DNA of 63,439 bases, the filler included, from Globobulimina sp. (lineage: Eukaryota), in assembly GCA_003354225.1 (NCBI GenBank). It is 56 parts of 56 records of this genome, joined end to end, with 100 filler letters (N's around TTAATTAATTAA, not from the genome) between each part and the next. Parts side by side here need not be neighbours in the genome. Positions count along the whole stretch, not along the records: positions 12,490 to 13,524 come from PIVH01025219.1; positions 13,625 to 14,659 come from PIVH01025220.1; positions 14,760 to 15,794 come from PIVH01025221.1; positions 15,895 to 16,929 come from PIVH01025222.1; positions 17,030 to 18,064 come from PIVH01025223.1; positions 18,165 to 19,199 come from PIVH01025224.1; positions 19,300 to 20,334 come from PIVH01025225.1; positions 20,435 to 21,469 come from PIVH01025226.1; 48 more parts are not named here. The stretch is one strand, 5' to 3'. The position numbers were made by a program, and so were the translations under genes. Each line of letters begins with the position of its first letter. Positions within the stretch are counted from its first letter, which is position 1. Shown here one piece after another: positions 12,557-24,988 of this stretch. The notes beneath the pieces are model-generated. The model ran no database searches and had not been told where the DNA came from. It saw nothing but the letters and a program-made list of their open reading frames with translations.

Positions 12557-13251
12557 TCAAATTTCTTTTGGGTCTCTCAATTGCAGTATTTTGAAAAAAC
12601 CTTTGTTTGGGTCAGCCTGAATATGTTATAAACCGTGTGTGTATATGTCGGGTATTCGCAATATCACAAAGCGCAAACCTTAGCTCTCGATTTCTTAACA
12701 CGCGCAAGGGCCATAATTGCAGTGATCTGGTACCTGCGCATCAAATAATAGCAGACAACACTGGCAGACCTCGAGATGCCTTGTCTGCAATGCACGACCA
12801 CAGAGCCGCCATTGGCATTGGATAACTCGCCATTGATCCATCCATAGGCTTCGTTTAAATGTTTCTCCAAATCATCCATCGCATCCACATTATCCGCTAT
12901 ATTGACAAACAAGACACTGTCTCTCAAGCTCGGCTGTTCCAAACCGCAGTCTACGCCCATCGATACAATGCGCGTTATATTGCGTGACCGGATTGCTTGT
13001 AAACCTTCGACGCCTTTTAATGCTGAAATGGAGGTTAAAAATAAATTGCCACGGTTTTGTGGCGGCGAGGCTGCAAATACTAAATCTATGGCATCTTTGG
13101 CCGGAGTCTTCCACTTTTTACACAGTGGATGGTCCAAATATTGGTCGTCATTGATCAATGTCATTTGCCTGCGATGTCCTTTGGGGAGATACCCTCCTTT
13201 TTCTTTCCTTTTTTTTGGGAGTGCCATGCTTTGAATTAAAATGGTTTTCAA
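12557..13251 (-). CDS. Dual-specificity protein phosphatase, two exons
   Basis: VVVHCRQGISRSAS (CX5R); 62-nt intron 12617-12678 restores R-AK-ADPNKGF. Confidence 0.92.
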
Positions 13252-14095
13252 ACTGAGTTACTGAGACTATGAATATTGATATTGAAAATAAGGATTAAAA
13301 TTGTTGTAACTGCTCTTTTGTGCAATTGTCTGTTTTATTTTTTTCCGGTTTTAGTAACTTTTGAATGGTTGGAAAGAAGAATGGAATGATTGCAAGGCAT
13401 AATATTATGCTGTTTATCAATATCTTTGTTGAGAAATTCAAATATGAATGCAAATAAAATACAAATGCAGCAGACGGTGATTCAACGAGCTTTATTGATT
13501 GGTATACTTCAGACTCATTACTTANNNNNNNNNNNNNNNNNNNNNNNNNNNNNNNNNNNNNNNNNNNNTTAATTAATTAANNNNNNNNNNNNNNNNNNNN
13601 NNNNNNNNNNNNNNNNNNNNNNNNAAAGTTCATAAAATGAACTTTAGGGTTTGCAACTTTGGTCCATATCTTAATGACAGTGAATGTCGTAACAGACAAT
13701 GACAGTAAAATACCATGGAAAACAGACAATGATTTTTGAAATAACTTCCATTTTTGGATCAATACTAACAACGTTTGTTTCTGCCGCTATTCAATTTAAA
13801 TGTTTCATTTCATCCTTTAAATCAAAGTAATATGTTATTATCCAAAACGTGTTAGGTATTAAATATTGTACCCTTGCCACCAGACAAAGCAAATGTTTCT
13901 TGGAATACATAACTGCGCGAATTAGCGAACATACTGTCGATTTTATCCATGCTAAAAACTGCTGTTACCACTCTGCTGTCGGTCACTTACGTCGTATAAT
14001 TGTTGTGTAGTTGAATTCTGGATTTCATGTGCCATCTTTTGAGTTTTAATAGATAGCCGCTGATTTTTGGATTATTATTATCTGTCTCAAATTGC

Positions 14096-14557
14096 ATGGC
14101 TTCAACAAAACAAGACAATGACGGGATGGATGCTGACGATCACAAAGCCGCCCAATCAAAGGAGTTACCAGAAACTATTCAAAGATTAAGAGCTTATACA
14201 GGGAGAGATGTTCCTTTTCAATCTCAAAATATCAATCTTCAACAACCTTTAACTAAATCGATATCACAGCCATTAAAAGGACCATATTCGAAACAACCAC
14301 CAGTTTATGTCGGAAGTCTAAGTCGAAAAGATTTAGCTCGAAAGAATAGAATACAAACTGCCTTATTGGGATTGGGTTTGGGTTCATTTATTCTTTCAGT
14401 CTATGGATATACGATTTGGAAACGGATGCAACTCGGCATTGATGACACAGAGTTAGCCAGATTGGAACAAGAAGCATTGCAAATGGTTGAAACTGGAGAG
14501 ATTGATCTAGACGCAACACAAAAGCAGTCGGACCAGACAAAAATCCATAAATATTAA
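14096..14557 (+). CDS. COA3/CCDC56-like cytochrome c oxidase assembly factor
   Basis: Single TM LGLGLGSFILSVYGYTIW preceded by RKNR and followed by DDTEL, resembling the COA3 core. Confidence 0.55.
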   Translation: MASTKQDNDGMDADDHKAAQSKELPETIQRLRAYTGRDVPFQSQNINLQQPLTKSISQPLKGPYSKQPPVYVGSLSRKDLARKNRIQTALLGLGLGSFILSVYGYTIWKRMQLGIDDTELARLEQEALQMVETGEIDLDATQKQSDQTKIHKY

Positions 14558-14800
14558 CCATATATTAATAAAGCATCATTATACTGTATCACCTATCAAC
14601 ATTGTAAACTGTGACTCCTTACAATCATCACCACTGTCTCTTGTCGTCATAACTATTGCNNNNNNNNNNNNNNNNNNNNNNNNNNNNNNNNNNNNNNNNN
14701 NNNTTAATTAATTAANNNNNNNNNNNNNNNNNNNNNNNNNNNNNNNNNNNNNNNNNNNNTCATTAGAATCATAAACAATCACATTTTGTACATAAATTTG

Positions 14801-15064
14801 CTAATTGTATATTATCTGATTATCTTTTGCCCAAACATCGGTAAACGCTGCTATATGATAAACTTGCTCGCAGTTTTGAATGGCCAATCTAAGGCTCTCA
14901 ATATTAGCAATATCACCTTTAAATAATTTGATATTTTCGTGCTCAATACTTTTTGCTTTGTCTTTTGAACGATATAAAGCATGAATTGTATGACCTTCAT
15001 TAGCTAATTTTAGAGCTAGAATAGTTCCTATAAATCCGGTTGCACCTGTTATTAATATGTTCAT
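14801..15064 (-). CDS. Bacterial NAD-dependent epimerase/dehydratase, N-terminal fragment
   Basis: MNILITGATGFIG Rossmann motif, KGDI, VYHIAA; ends at 87 aa, probably at a chimeric junction. Confidence 0.85.
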   Translation of the reverse strand: MNILITGATGFIGTILALKLANEGHTIHALYRSKDKAKSIEHENIKLFKGDIANIESLRLAIQNCEQVYHIAAFTDVWAKDNQIIYN

Positions 15065-15210
15065 TTATTTAATTTTATCTGCAAGTTTCACAAATTAGCC
15101 ACTTTACAAATTGATATTCATTTCAATAATTCTGTTACACATTCAAAACAATTCATTAATAAGGGTTTAAAGAATCCTCTTTGTTTCATTTGTGAATGTC
15201 AATTGTTATT

Positions 15211-15794
15211 TTATTTCACAAACTTCATTTTAGGATGTGCTTTCAACGAAAACCACTCATTACTTAGAGCCAATACAATATGCACTATAAAAGCTACCCA
15301 AATATTTCCTGTTTGAATGGTAATTATGCCTAATACAACACCTAGTGGTAATGCACCAACCGCTTCTTTTATACCTTTTGGAACATGAACTAATGCATAA
15401 ATGGCAACATTAAGTGCAATTGCAGGCCAAACGCCCAAATACTCAACTGAAACAAATAGTAAGTAGCCCCTGAACATAAACTCATAAGCCAAAAGATATG
15501 CCACCCAGCTAAATGCACTCAAAAGTAAAAGCTGTGTATTCCATTCCGTAACACGTATTTGTGGATACATTGCAAGATTATCTTCCTTTTTACAATTAAA
15601 ATAATTCATGGTAATTAATAAAGGGGAAAGTCCTAATATCCAACAAGTTGATAAAAAGATTTTATTGGATGAAATACCATAATTTTCAATCCCTTTATTA
15701 AAAAATAATAATATAGTAGCTAATGGAATTATGCCAAAGAAAAGCACCCCTAGCAATCGTTCAAATATAATCCATCGCACCAGTGTTTTTTCTT
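15211..15794 (-). CDS. Bacterial CPBP/Abi (CAAX protease family) intramembrane metalloprotease
   Basis: YEFMFRG, YALVH, HIVLALSNE motifs; intronless and co-oriented with the epimerase. Confidence 0.88.
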
Positions 15795-16583
15795 NNNNNN
15801 NNNNNNNNNNNNNNNNNNNNNNNNNNNNNNNNNNNNNNTTAATTAATTAANNNNNNNNNNNNNNNNNNNNNNNNNNNNNNNNNNNNNNNNNNNNTTTTTA
15901 TCATGTTTTAGGATTTAACTTTTTGTGTTGGTTGAGATCACATTAAATATTATCATGACAATTAACAGTACAATTGACAGGTGCGAAGGAGGCCCGTCAC
16001 TCAGAAAAGATTTATAGCCATCCTGACGCACTCAAAATCAACAAAATTACAAAATAAAACAAGAAACGGTAAGAAACAAATCAAACATAAAAAAAGAGAA
16101 AACAAAAAAAAGCATAAGATAGCAACAATAATTGCACTTCCATAATAAATAAGAAGCGTAAAAAGTAAAACATAAATAACGATCAGTCCATACGATGCAT
16201 ATGTTTTGAGTTTGTTGTTGTCCAATGGTTGGAATAACTCATTGATATTTGTTATTTGCTGTAGACCATTAATAGTTGTTTCAATTGCATTATCAAAATA
16301 ATGTGCAATTTGTAGCATCGTGATTGTGGAGTTATTTATTGTTGGATTTGTTTATTTGATGTGTTTGTACGTGTTGTTTAATAATTATATTTGGTAATTA
16401 TAGACTATCCGCAGAAAATAATAGATGATGGATTATGAATTTATGATTATGTACAGCTGTATGCTTTTTTTTTGTAATATAAACACAGAAAATTAATAAA
16501 GTTTCGATTGTTTGCGCACGTGCCATGGTCCAACAAATAAATTAACTGTACAATAGCACTTTTGATTGCTTTAAATACAATAA

Positions 16584-16929
16584 GTGTCAGAAACAAATCA
16601 ATTATACCCATTGTCCAATATTACATTATATTTTATGCCCAACGCAATGGACAGAAATAGGTGGTTGCTTTCTGCAGCAATGACATTATGTTTTATTATC
16701 TGTGTAATATTAATGAAGTGTCAACGAAATGCATTCAGATGGTATTCTAAATTAAAAGATGATGACAGTATATATAAAAAAAGGAAACAACGCGTGGGTT
16801 TATATTGCGCATACATCACAGCCTCCATCTGTTCACTGCAATGTCTTTTAAATCATCTTTCACATTATTTGCCTGAATGGTACTGTGTGTATGGAATGAG
16901 TGCTTGTGTCGTATTTCACGAAGCGGCCA
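16584..16929 (+). CDS. Multi-pass membrane protein fragment (possibly 7TM)
   Basis: Successive hydrophobic segments with a WYC extracellular-type loop. Confidence 0.35.
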
Positions 16930-17279
16930 NNNNNNNNNNNNNNNNNNNNNNNNNNNNNNNNNNNNNNNNNNNNTTAATTAATTAANNNNNNNNNNNNNNN
17001 NNNNNNNNNNNNNNNNNNNNNNNNNNNNNAACAAACTTATATTGGCTACGAAAGAAAGTAAGTATACAACGCATGTTAACGATATTAATATTGTCTGATT
17101 TATGTGATTTTATGTTTTCTATTTAATTTTCCTTTCAATGTTTTTTTTCGTGTTCTTTTTTTTTAGTTACTTTTAGAGTGTCATTTTAGCGCTTCTTTCT
17201 GTGAATTTACTGTGCTATTATTTTTTTATTATCGTGAATTAATGAATTTCTTCAAGTGCTGGTAATTAACTTTTTTGGC

Positions 17280-17443
17280 TTAGTTTCGTTTCGTTTCGTT
17301 TCATTTCAACGATTAGCACAGTTTTGGTGTTAGCTAGAGGGGGTTTCATAGAATACTAGGTCAACTTCGAATACTAGGTTGGAAACCACTCTAGCTAACC
17401 CAAACACCTTTCGAATCGTTGAAATGAAACGAAACGAAACTAA
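17280..17443. repeat. Nested inverted repeat (MITE-like hairpin)
   Basis: TTAGTTTCGTTTCG...TCAACGATT pairs with AATCGTTGAAATGAAACGAAACGAAACTAA; inner GTTAGCTAGAG/CTCTAGCTAAC; two GAATACTAGG direct repeats. Confidence 0.85.
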
Positions 17444-18164
17444 CCAAAATAAGTTGCTGCTGCAAATGAGATATTCTATGCATATGTATTCACGTCTCGT
17501 GATGGTATTTTTGGGCATTAGTTTCAAATCATCATTGCAGACGCTAATTAAATTCATTTAAACTATAACAGTTATTTTTGCTCTTTTTTTTTTGCACCTT
17601 TTTTTTCTGAGGTAAGTCCTTGTATTTTTCATTTGTATTTTTCAAATTTCCACACATTCCAAAATGTAACTTGACCCATCCACAGATTCATGTTGAACAT
17701 ACAGGATCATGTGTTAAATGCATAACCGACAGAACTCATATATTGTATTGATTGATTGTTGCGTTTGTTTTTAATTCTCGTCATCTTTTTGGTTTGCCAC
17801 TTCTCAAATCTCAATTCTCGAATGTCTCAATCCACGCAACCCAAATCATCTGGAATTCTAGAATACATTGTATATATTTGATGGCGCATTATCGATACAT
17901 TTTACCTAAAAAGGGAATTATCGATGTATTAAAATATTCCAATCTCGATAAATTATTTTTGTGTACATTTTTTGCGGAACATAAGTGTGGCAAAGGAGTT
18001 TCTGAAAAGGAAGGATCATATTATTTTTATATCCTTCTTATATCCTTCCTATATCCTTCCTATANNNNNNNNNNNNNNNNNNNNNNNNNNNNNNNNNNNN
18101 NNNNNNNNTTAATTAATTAANNNNNNNNNNNNNNNNNNNNNNNNNNNNNNNNNNNNNNNNNNNN

Positions 18165-19015
18165 ATCAACTAATATGACATCACCATCGCCATTTTTAAT
18201 GGTAAAATATTGCAATGCGATTCCAGTATTATGTATATTCTTTAATGTGAATTCTTGATACATTTCGGTTGGAGATGGTTTTGCGTTTATTGCAAGCGGT
18301 GGCGAACTATTTGTTTTTGTCCATTCAGATAAAGATCTAATTTCAATTTTGCTCAATGATCTGTAATAATTACAACGTACGTAAAGCAACCATATGGTAA
18401 TTAATTATAAAAACAGTGAGCACGAATTAACATACTTTGGTGGTGGCGGATTACATTTTTGTGTTGCTCTGTAATATGCAAATCGTTTCCGAAAGCCAAC
18501 CAACCACATTACAAAAAGTATAGAACGAATAATAAAAAAAAATGAAACATACTTATTATGGTTGGAAATCGGTCCACTTTCTATTCCTTCATCGATGGAT
18601 GGCCTGAACAATATAAGTAATACATATAATTGATATAAATATAATGACTCAACTCCGTAGACAATCGATTGTCGATTTGTTCGGCTATCCCGTGAATAGC
18701 AAAGACTTTAATCTTTGATTTTAATGCATTTACATGTTTCCTCATATCTTTCTTCGTGGTTGGCTCTGTGGTAAATTGTGGTAAACTCTGTTTACTGAAA
18801 ATATCATTAGCCACTCGGAATATATTGAATGAATTGTAATTCTGTAATAATTTAAAGAAAGGAACAACAGGATCCTCCAAATGTACTGCTGATTTTTTGA
18901 CAATTGTCTGAACATATTTAGTATCACCAACGTGACTATGCGGCCCATTCGCTAATTGGATAGCTTGATTTCCATCACCTAGGGAAATGGTATAAGACAT
19001 GGATGGGAACGACAA
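18165..19015 (-). CDS. Hypothetical multi-segment (probably multi-exon) protein
   Basis: Three successive co-oriented ORF segments; no family recognised. Confidence 0.3.
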
Positions 19016-19402
19016 GAGGTGAAATATTAATTAAGCGATTCAGTCAAGATATTAACAACAACTGAATATTAACAATTTATTTACTACTTCCAGTTACTGG
19101 CTAAGACTGGCTTCACTTTGACAATGTTGCTTCCATCATCCCACATCACCATCATCATCAACTTATTAATCCCATCCATGTGTTTAACTGCAACCACCAN
19201 NNNNNNNNNNNNNNNNNNNNNNNNNNNNNNNNNNNNNNNNNNNTTAATTAATTAANNNNNNNNNNNNNNNNNNNNNNNNNNNNNNNNNNNNNNNNNNNNA
19301 TATTGTGTGTTTTTTTAAAAGTGCAAATTACAATATCGCCAACAGTATAAAAGAACCAAGTAACATTAAAATTCTTTTATTGACAGTTTGTTTTTTGAAA
19401 AT

Positions 19403-20334
19403 ATGCTATCCACCGAAATAAAAAAATTGTTGGAAAAATTATATTACGACAAACAATTCGGGTTTACTACAGCTCCAAAACTATGGAGTCGAGCTAAGAA
19501 AATAAAATCAGGAATTACTTTGGGAGATGTCAAGAAATTTTTGTCTACAATTCCAGCTTCGGCTAGACACAAACCAACACCAAAACCAAAACGAAACATA
19601 TGGAACAGATTCATTAAGGTTTCTTATCCAGGAGAATTGGTCGCTGTAGACACATGGTATCTCGGAAGCGGAACTCGATCACAATTTCCGTACGCTGCAG
19701 TAGCTGTAGATGCGTTGAGCAAGTATGCTTCCGTGGCTCCACTCCGCAGACTTACGGGAGATAATATGGTCAAAGCTATGGCTAAAATTATAGAAAATTT
19801 TAAATTTCCGATCAACTCATTATATTCTGATAGAGGGATCGAGTTCGTAGCTAGTCAATTTCGCCGATTTCTACAAGAGAGAGATATAAAAATAATCTAT
19901 ACCCAACCAAGTAACCCCTCAAAAACAGGACTAGCAGAATCTCTTATACGAACACTTAGAATAATATTGGGGAGAATAAATACAGGAGGAAACACCAAAA
20001 CAGGATGGGAAGCTGTGAAACAGGCTGTCGCAATATACAACAACTCACCTCACAGATCCATTGGCAATCGTTCACCCAACGAAGTCACAGAGAAAAATGC
20101 GCCACTAGTTCTCAAAGATATTTTGCAAAACCGATATAATTTTGTCGAAAAACATGCAAAACAATTTTTGCGTCCACCCAAATTTGAAGTAGGCGATGCA
20201 GTAAGAACATTAGACATAAATCAAATGGGTCATTTTGACAAGATAAATTTACCAAAATGGTCCAAAACCGTCTACCGTATATATAAAGTCATTCCCGGAT
20301 CTCCATCAGCTAGTTACATCATTTCAGATCCAGT
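19403..20334 (+). mobile_element. Polinton/Maverick-type retroviral-like (rve) integrase, 3' truncated
   Basis: N-terminal LYYD...KL...VKKFL; DDE triad AVDTW / SDRGIEF / GLAESLIRT; VDALSKY, YNNSPHRSIG, KFEVGDAVR, PKWSKTVYRI. Confidence 0.9.
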
Positions 20335-21569
20335 NNNNNNNNNNNNNNNNNNNNNNNNNNNNNNNNNNNNNNNNNNNNTTAATTAATTAANNNNNNNNNN
20401 NNNNNNNNNNNNNNNNNNNNNNNNNNNNNNNNNNTTCCCTCTTTTTCGACTTAAAATACAAAATACCACAGTTTTTCAAGATTTCAATAATTATTCCAAT
20501 TTCTACAATTATTCAGAATCCAAATAGGTAAACCCTTTCGAAAATCGTAATAAAACAAATCATATAACAAAGACTATATCTGACAATGTAGATGTTTACT
20601 ATCCTGAAATTACAGCTGTTTCTATAGAAACACTGATAATTAATTAATAATAGATCTTATTTTTAGAACTGACCCAAATACTAGTTTAATCCGTAGGTTT
20701 TACTCATATTAATCGCAGTGGTTCAAAATTCAGTATGTAAAGTTTTTTAGTGATTCAGCAAAAAAAAACTCTACTTTCTTTTTGTTGGCAATGCCAGTCC
20801 GACCGGTTACATTGTTTTTTGTGTTATTCAAATAGTATAGACAGCATTTTAAATCAATTCAAATGGCAGCTCCACCTTCACGAGTATTTAAATTCAAACG
20901 GGGAAAACACAAACCATTTTTATCATATTGCCCTGAATGGAACATGTTTGTTTATGCAAATCGGGCTGCACCGAAATTTGCCAGGTATTGTAATTTGTAT
21001 ATATCTGTTTATATAATCCATTTTTATAATTTGTGTTGCGAATTTGCTGAAAAAATCTACAATTTGAACCACTACCATTTATATGCAGTCACACTCAGTT
21101 TTTAGGCGGAGTAAAGAGTTTAAAATCTGGCGATAAATTAAAGAATGATATTAAAGCTGATACGAATAGAATGCAATCGATATACACATCAAATAATCCA
21201 TACATTCCATCCTACCTTAAACCGAAACCATGCAATATCAATATCTGATTACATCAAATAAAATTCTATGGTTTTTTCTGCATTTTTTTTATGAAATTAC
21301 TGTAAATTTGTCTATTAATTTTCGTTTTGTTGTTTGTTTGGTATACTCTGTACACAAAAAAATATCAAAAAACACAAATCACATATTTTTATTTAATGAC
21401 TTTTTCGAATTATTTCCTTTTCATATATATATGAAGGAAATTTAATGTTTTTTTTTTGTTTTTTTGTTTNNNNNNNNNNNNNNNNNNNNNNNNNNNNNNN
21501 NNNNNNNNNNNNNTTAATTAATTAANNNNNNNNNNNNNNNNNNNNNNNNNNNNNNNNNNNNNNNNNNNN

Positions 21570-21990
21570 AGTTGCAGAGACAGAGATTTTAAATCTCTAA
21601 TTTGGAGCATAGTTGCAGAGACAGAGATTTTAAATCTCTAATTTGGAGGTTTGCAAATTCGCCACTCTGTACATATCGCAGAGACAGACATTTTAAATCT
21701 CTAATTTGGTGTTTTACAAATTCATCACTCTGTAACTCTGGGATAGTTACAGAGTGGCGAAGTTGTAAAACACCAAATTAGAGATTTAAAATCTCTGTCT
21801 CTGCGATATGTACAGAGTGGCGAATTTGCAAACCTCCAAATTAGAGATTTAAAATCTCTGTCTTAGCAACAATGGTTCAAATTAGAGATTTTAAATCTCT
21901 AATTTGGTGTTTTGCAACTTCGCCACTCTGTAACTCTGCGATAGTACTCTAATTTGAAGCTTAGTAGCTGAGACAGAGATTTTAAAACAC
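21570..21990. repeat. Fold-back array of about 60-nt units carrying the palindrome AGAGATTT(T/A)AAATCTCT
   Basis: At least six copies in both orientations; long inverted arms centred near 21740. Confidence 0.9.
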
Positions 21991-22739
21991 TACAACTCTA
22001 CAAATATTGTACATATTCTTTATATTTTGAATGTTATATTGGAAAGTTGATGATTTCTCATTGTTATTGTTATTGTTAAGTTGGTGATTTCTCATTGTTA
22101 TTGTATATATTGTATGCTTTTATTGTACCAAAAGATTTTAAAATATTGATATTAAATGTTTAATTTGATAATTTGTGTAAATGAAAGACTGGAAATTAAA
22201 ATATTTTTACTTAATTTACGATTTACAAGCACCACATAAAAGTATACATGAAATATGACCAAGTACAACATCAAAAATTTTGACCTTTTTTTCAATATTT
22301 TGAGATTGAGAGATCGACGCGCGATTGGTGACTATTAAGCGCGCGACCGATTCTAATAAGCGCGAGACCGGTTTTAATAGCGATCAGAGATTTAAAATCT
22401 TTGATTTCTCGCAAAAAAACGCGAAATTTGGTGACCTACTGACCCAGATAACGCGACCCACTGACCCAGATAACCGCGGTCCCAAGGTCCCACATTGCAC
22501 GGACGACTGATCCACGGAATTTGGTGGGACTTGATTCAGCTACGAAGACAGGGATCATATATGTCAGAGTGTATGCAATGCAGCCTAAAAAGCGACCGAT
22601 AATTNNNNNNNNNNNNNNNNNNNNNNNNNNNNNNNNNNNNNNNNNNNNTTAATTAATTAANNNNNNNNNNNNNNNNNNNNNNNNNNNNNNNNNNNNNNNN
22701 NNNNTCAAAAACATTTCAAATGTTTTAATAAATATTTAA

Positions 22740-23738
22740 TTAAAATTTAGTTTTTAAGATTATTTTTTTGCTCAACACATCAACGACATCTATTTTAGCT
22801 TTGGCAAATCTTTGTGCTCGAACATATTGAAAAGCAGTGCAAATACCCAATGCAATTAGCATTGCGTGCCGAATACGATGATCTTTATTGAATAACTCAA
22901 TCAATAATTGGCGCGACCAACCAATATATACACAATCACAGGTCGTTATAGCAGCAGTCTCATACGCACAATTGTCAGCTGTTGGCGTTAAGTTGGCAGC
23001 AATCCATTGTGTACTGTCAATAAATTCGTTTGCGCTCAGCACATTAATTAGATCCTTCGCATTAACCACAGAATGAAAATCTGGGTCAGACATTCTCATC
23101 ACAGTGGATCGTCTCACTTCATTTCTATTTATAGCTATCTCCACATTCAAAGTTGGATTATTATTTCTTAATATTTCCATTCTGCCGGAAACTAAATATC
23201 CTAATTCTATAATCTCTGACCCTTTCGATCGTAATATGGTGTTTTTATTTATATGTCGAATATAACCGATATCAGCAAGCTTTTTGAAAACACTTCGCGA
23301 TAAATATGGTTTAAAAATATTCACATATAACTGTTCAAACTCGTCATCGAATGGAATGTATCGTAATTCATACTTCATTAAAATAACACTTTTCAGATTT
23401 AATAAAAACATCAACAGATTCCAGATAACAGCGTCAAAAAAAAGTGTTCCTTCCACGCCAAATAATGCCCACAAAATGAAGAATATGCAGGCAAATGCTA
23501 AGCAAATACGCAAATAAAAGAAATTTGACAAACCGTAGCTGCCCATCAAACAAATATAAGCTAATACCATATAATACTGGCTATCGCTGCGAATAATCGA
23601 TGAATCCCACAGTGAATTATTAAATATATTGCAAATTATAAGTAATGCAGCCAATGCACCACAGCACCATAATAAAAGAGTATATAATTTGTTGATGCAG
23701 TTGCTGTATGGCGACAATTTCACCAATAAATTCCCCAC
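22740..23738 (-). CDS. Popeye-domain (POPDC/BVES-like) cyclic-nucleotide-binding membrane protein
   Basis: TM region YLRICL...FFILWA...DAVIWN; FDDEFEQLYVNIFKP; LVSGRMEI; FIDSTQW equivalent of the FxDSPEW cassette. Confidence 0.82.
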   Translation of the reverse strand: MGNLLVKLSPYSNCINKLYTLLLWCCGALAALLIICNIFNNSLWDSSIIRSDSQYYMVLAYICLMGSYGLSNFFYLRICLAFACIFFILWALFGVEGTLFFDAVIWNLLMFLLNLKSVILMKYELRYIPFDDEFEQLYVNIFKPYLSRSVFKKLADIGYIRHINKNTILRSKGSEIIELGYLVSGRMEILRNNNPTLNVEIAINRNEVRRSTVMRMSDPDFHSVVNAKDLINVLSANEFIDSTQWIAANLTPTADNCAYETAAITTCDCVYIGWSRQLLIELFNKDHRIRHAMLIALGICTAFQYVRAQRFAKAKIDVVDVLSKKIILKTKF

Positions 23739-24205
23739 GNNNNNNNNNNNNNNNNNNNNNNNNNNNNNNNNNNNNNNNNNNNNTTAATTAATTAANNNNN
23801 NNNNNNNNNNNNNNNNNNNNNNNNNNNNNNNNNNNNNNNATATAATTAAACATTAATTCGATGACGTAGTCATTAGTCTAATAAATGGATTGATGAAAGT
23901 GTTGCGATGTGGATAAATTAAGAAATCTATATTATTAAACAAAATAAAACACAAAATGAGCATAAGCCCACATTTTGGATTTCTTGTTATTACAAGCAAA
24001 AGCCCACTCGCAATATTACAAGCTAGAAATAATAATATATATACACACTAGAAGAGAGGAGAGGTTGCCACACAAAAAAGAAATTAGGTATATAAAGAAA
24101 AATGTATACGTACAATAGGTCAAAGTCAAAGAGTCAAAATATAAAATTAATAATAAAACTAACTGACTGTTCGACCGCCATATTTATAATAATAAAAATA
24201 ATTAA

Positions 24206-24853
24206 TTATTGAATAACTTTATATCTACATTTTCCGCCATATAAAATAATCGGATAATAAATAACATTCCTTTGAATTGAAATCGTTTTCCTTACTTTTT
24301 GTTGATTTAAATAAAATTTCACAACGCCTTTATTTAAATCCAAGCATATTTTAATAACATCGCCTGCTTTCCATCTCCGTCCATGTAACGATAATTGTGA
24401 TAAATTCTTATTGCATCGAAGTGTATTATTGTCATTATACGACGCATAATAAAAATTATTCACACTCCCAATCACTTTCTTATCTTGATTTAATTTAATT
24501 AACTTATTATAACCATAAACACATCTCGCTCCAAACAAAGGCGTTTCCAAAATGCCATATTCATTCATTTCAATATTTGTATTAAAATTACTAATTACAC
24601 CAAACTCTTGTCTGTCTGCAGCAGTCCCACTGTTACCACATGACACTATTTGTATTTTCCATTCATGACAACCGCTATTTGCTGCAAATCCATTCGAAGA
24701 TAACATATATTTATTATGTGCCGCCCATTTATGCGTGGAATGAACATCAAAATGCACCCCACCAACATCAGTTATCTCTGTTTTTGAACCATAGTCAATA
24801 TCATCAGAATCGTAATCAATTTGACCAGAAATCTGAATTTGATCATGATTCAA
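24206..24853 (-). CDS. SPRY/B30.2-like domain protein
   Basis: GCHEWKIQI, FGVIS, WKAGDVIKICLDLNKGVVKFYLN, YYPII. Confidence 0.7.
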   Translation of the reverse strand: MNHDQIQISGQIDYDSDDIDYGSKTEITDVGGVHFDVHSTHKWAAHNKYMLSSNGFAANSGCHEWKIQIVSCGNSGTAADRQEFGVISNFNTNIEMNEYGILETPLFGARCVYGYNKLIKLNQDKKVIGSVNNFYYASYNDNNTLRCNKNLSQLSLHGRRWKAGDVIKICLDLNKGVVKFYLNQQKVRKTISIQRNVIYYPIILYGGKCRYKVIQ

Positions 24854-24988
24854 ATGTGGCGCATTAAATAAATANNNNNNNNNNNNNNNNNNNNNNNNNN
24901 NNNNNNNNNNNNNNNNNNTTAATTAATTAANNNNNNNNNNNNNNNNNNNNNNNNNNNNNNNNNNNNNNNNNNNNGCGGCATGCTCCGA

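Noticed and set aside
20435-21066. Ciliate-code (TAA/TAG=Gln) ORF, or an 18-nt intron at 20733-20750
   Set aside because: One frame lacks TGA for about 210 codons, but the product resembles nothing I recognise; compatible with chance
21570-21990. CRISPR array
   Set aside because: Units occur in both orientations, the intervening sequences are themselves repeated rather than unique spacers, and there are no cas genes
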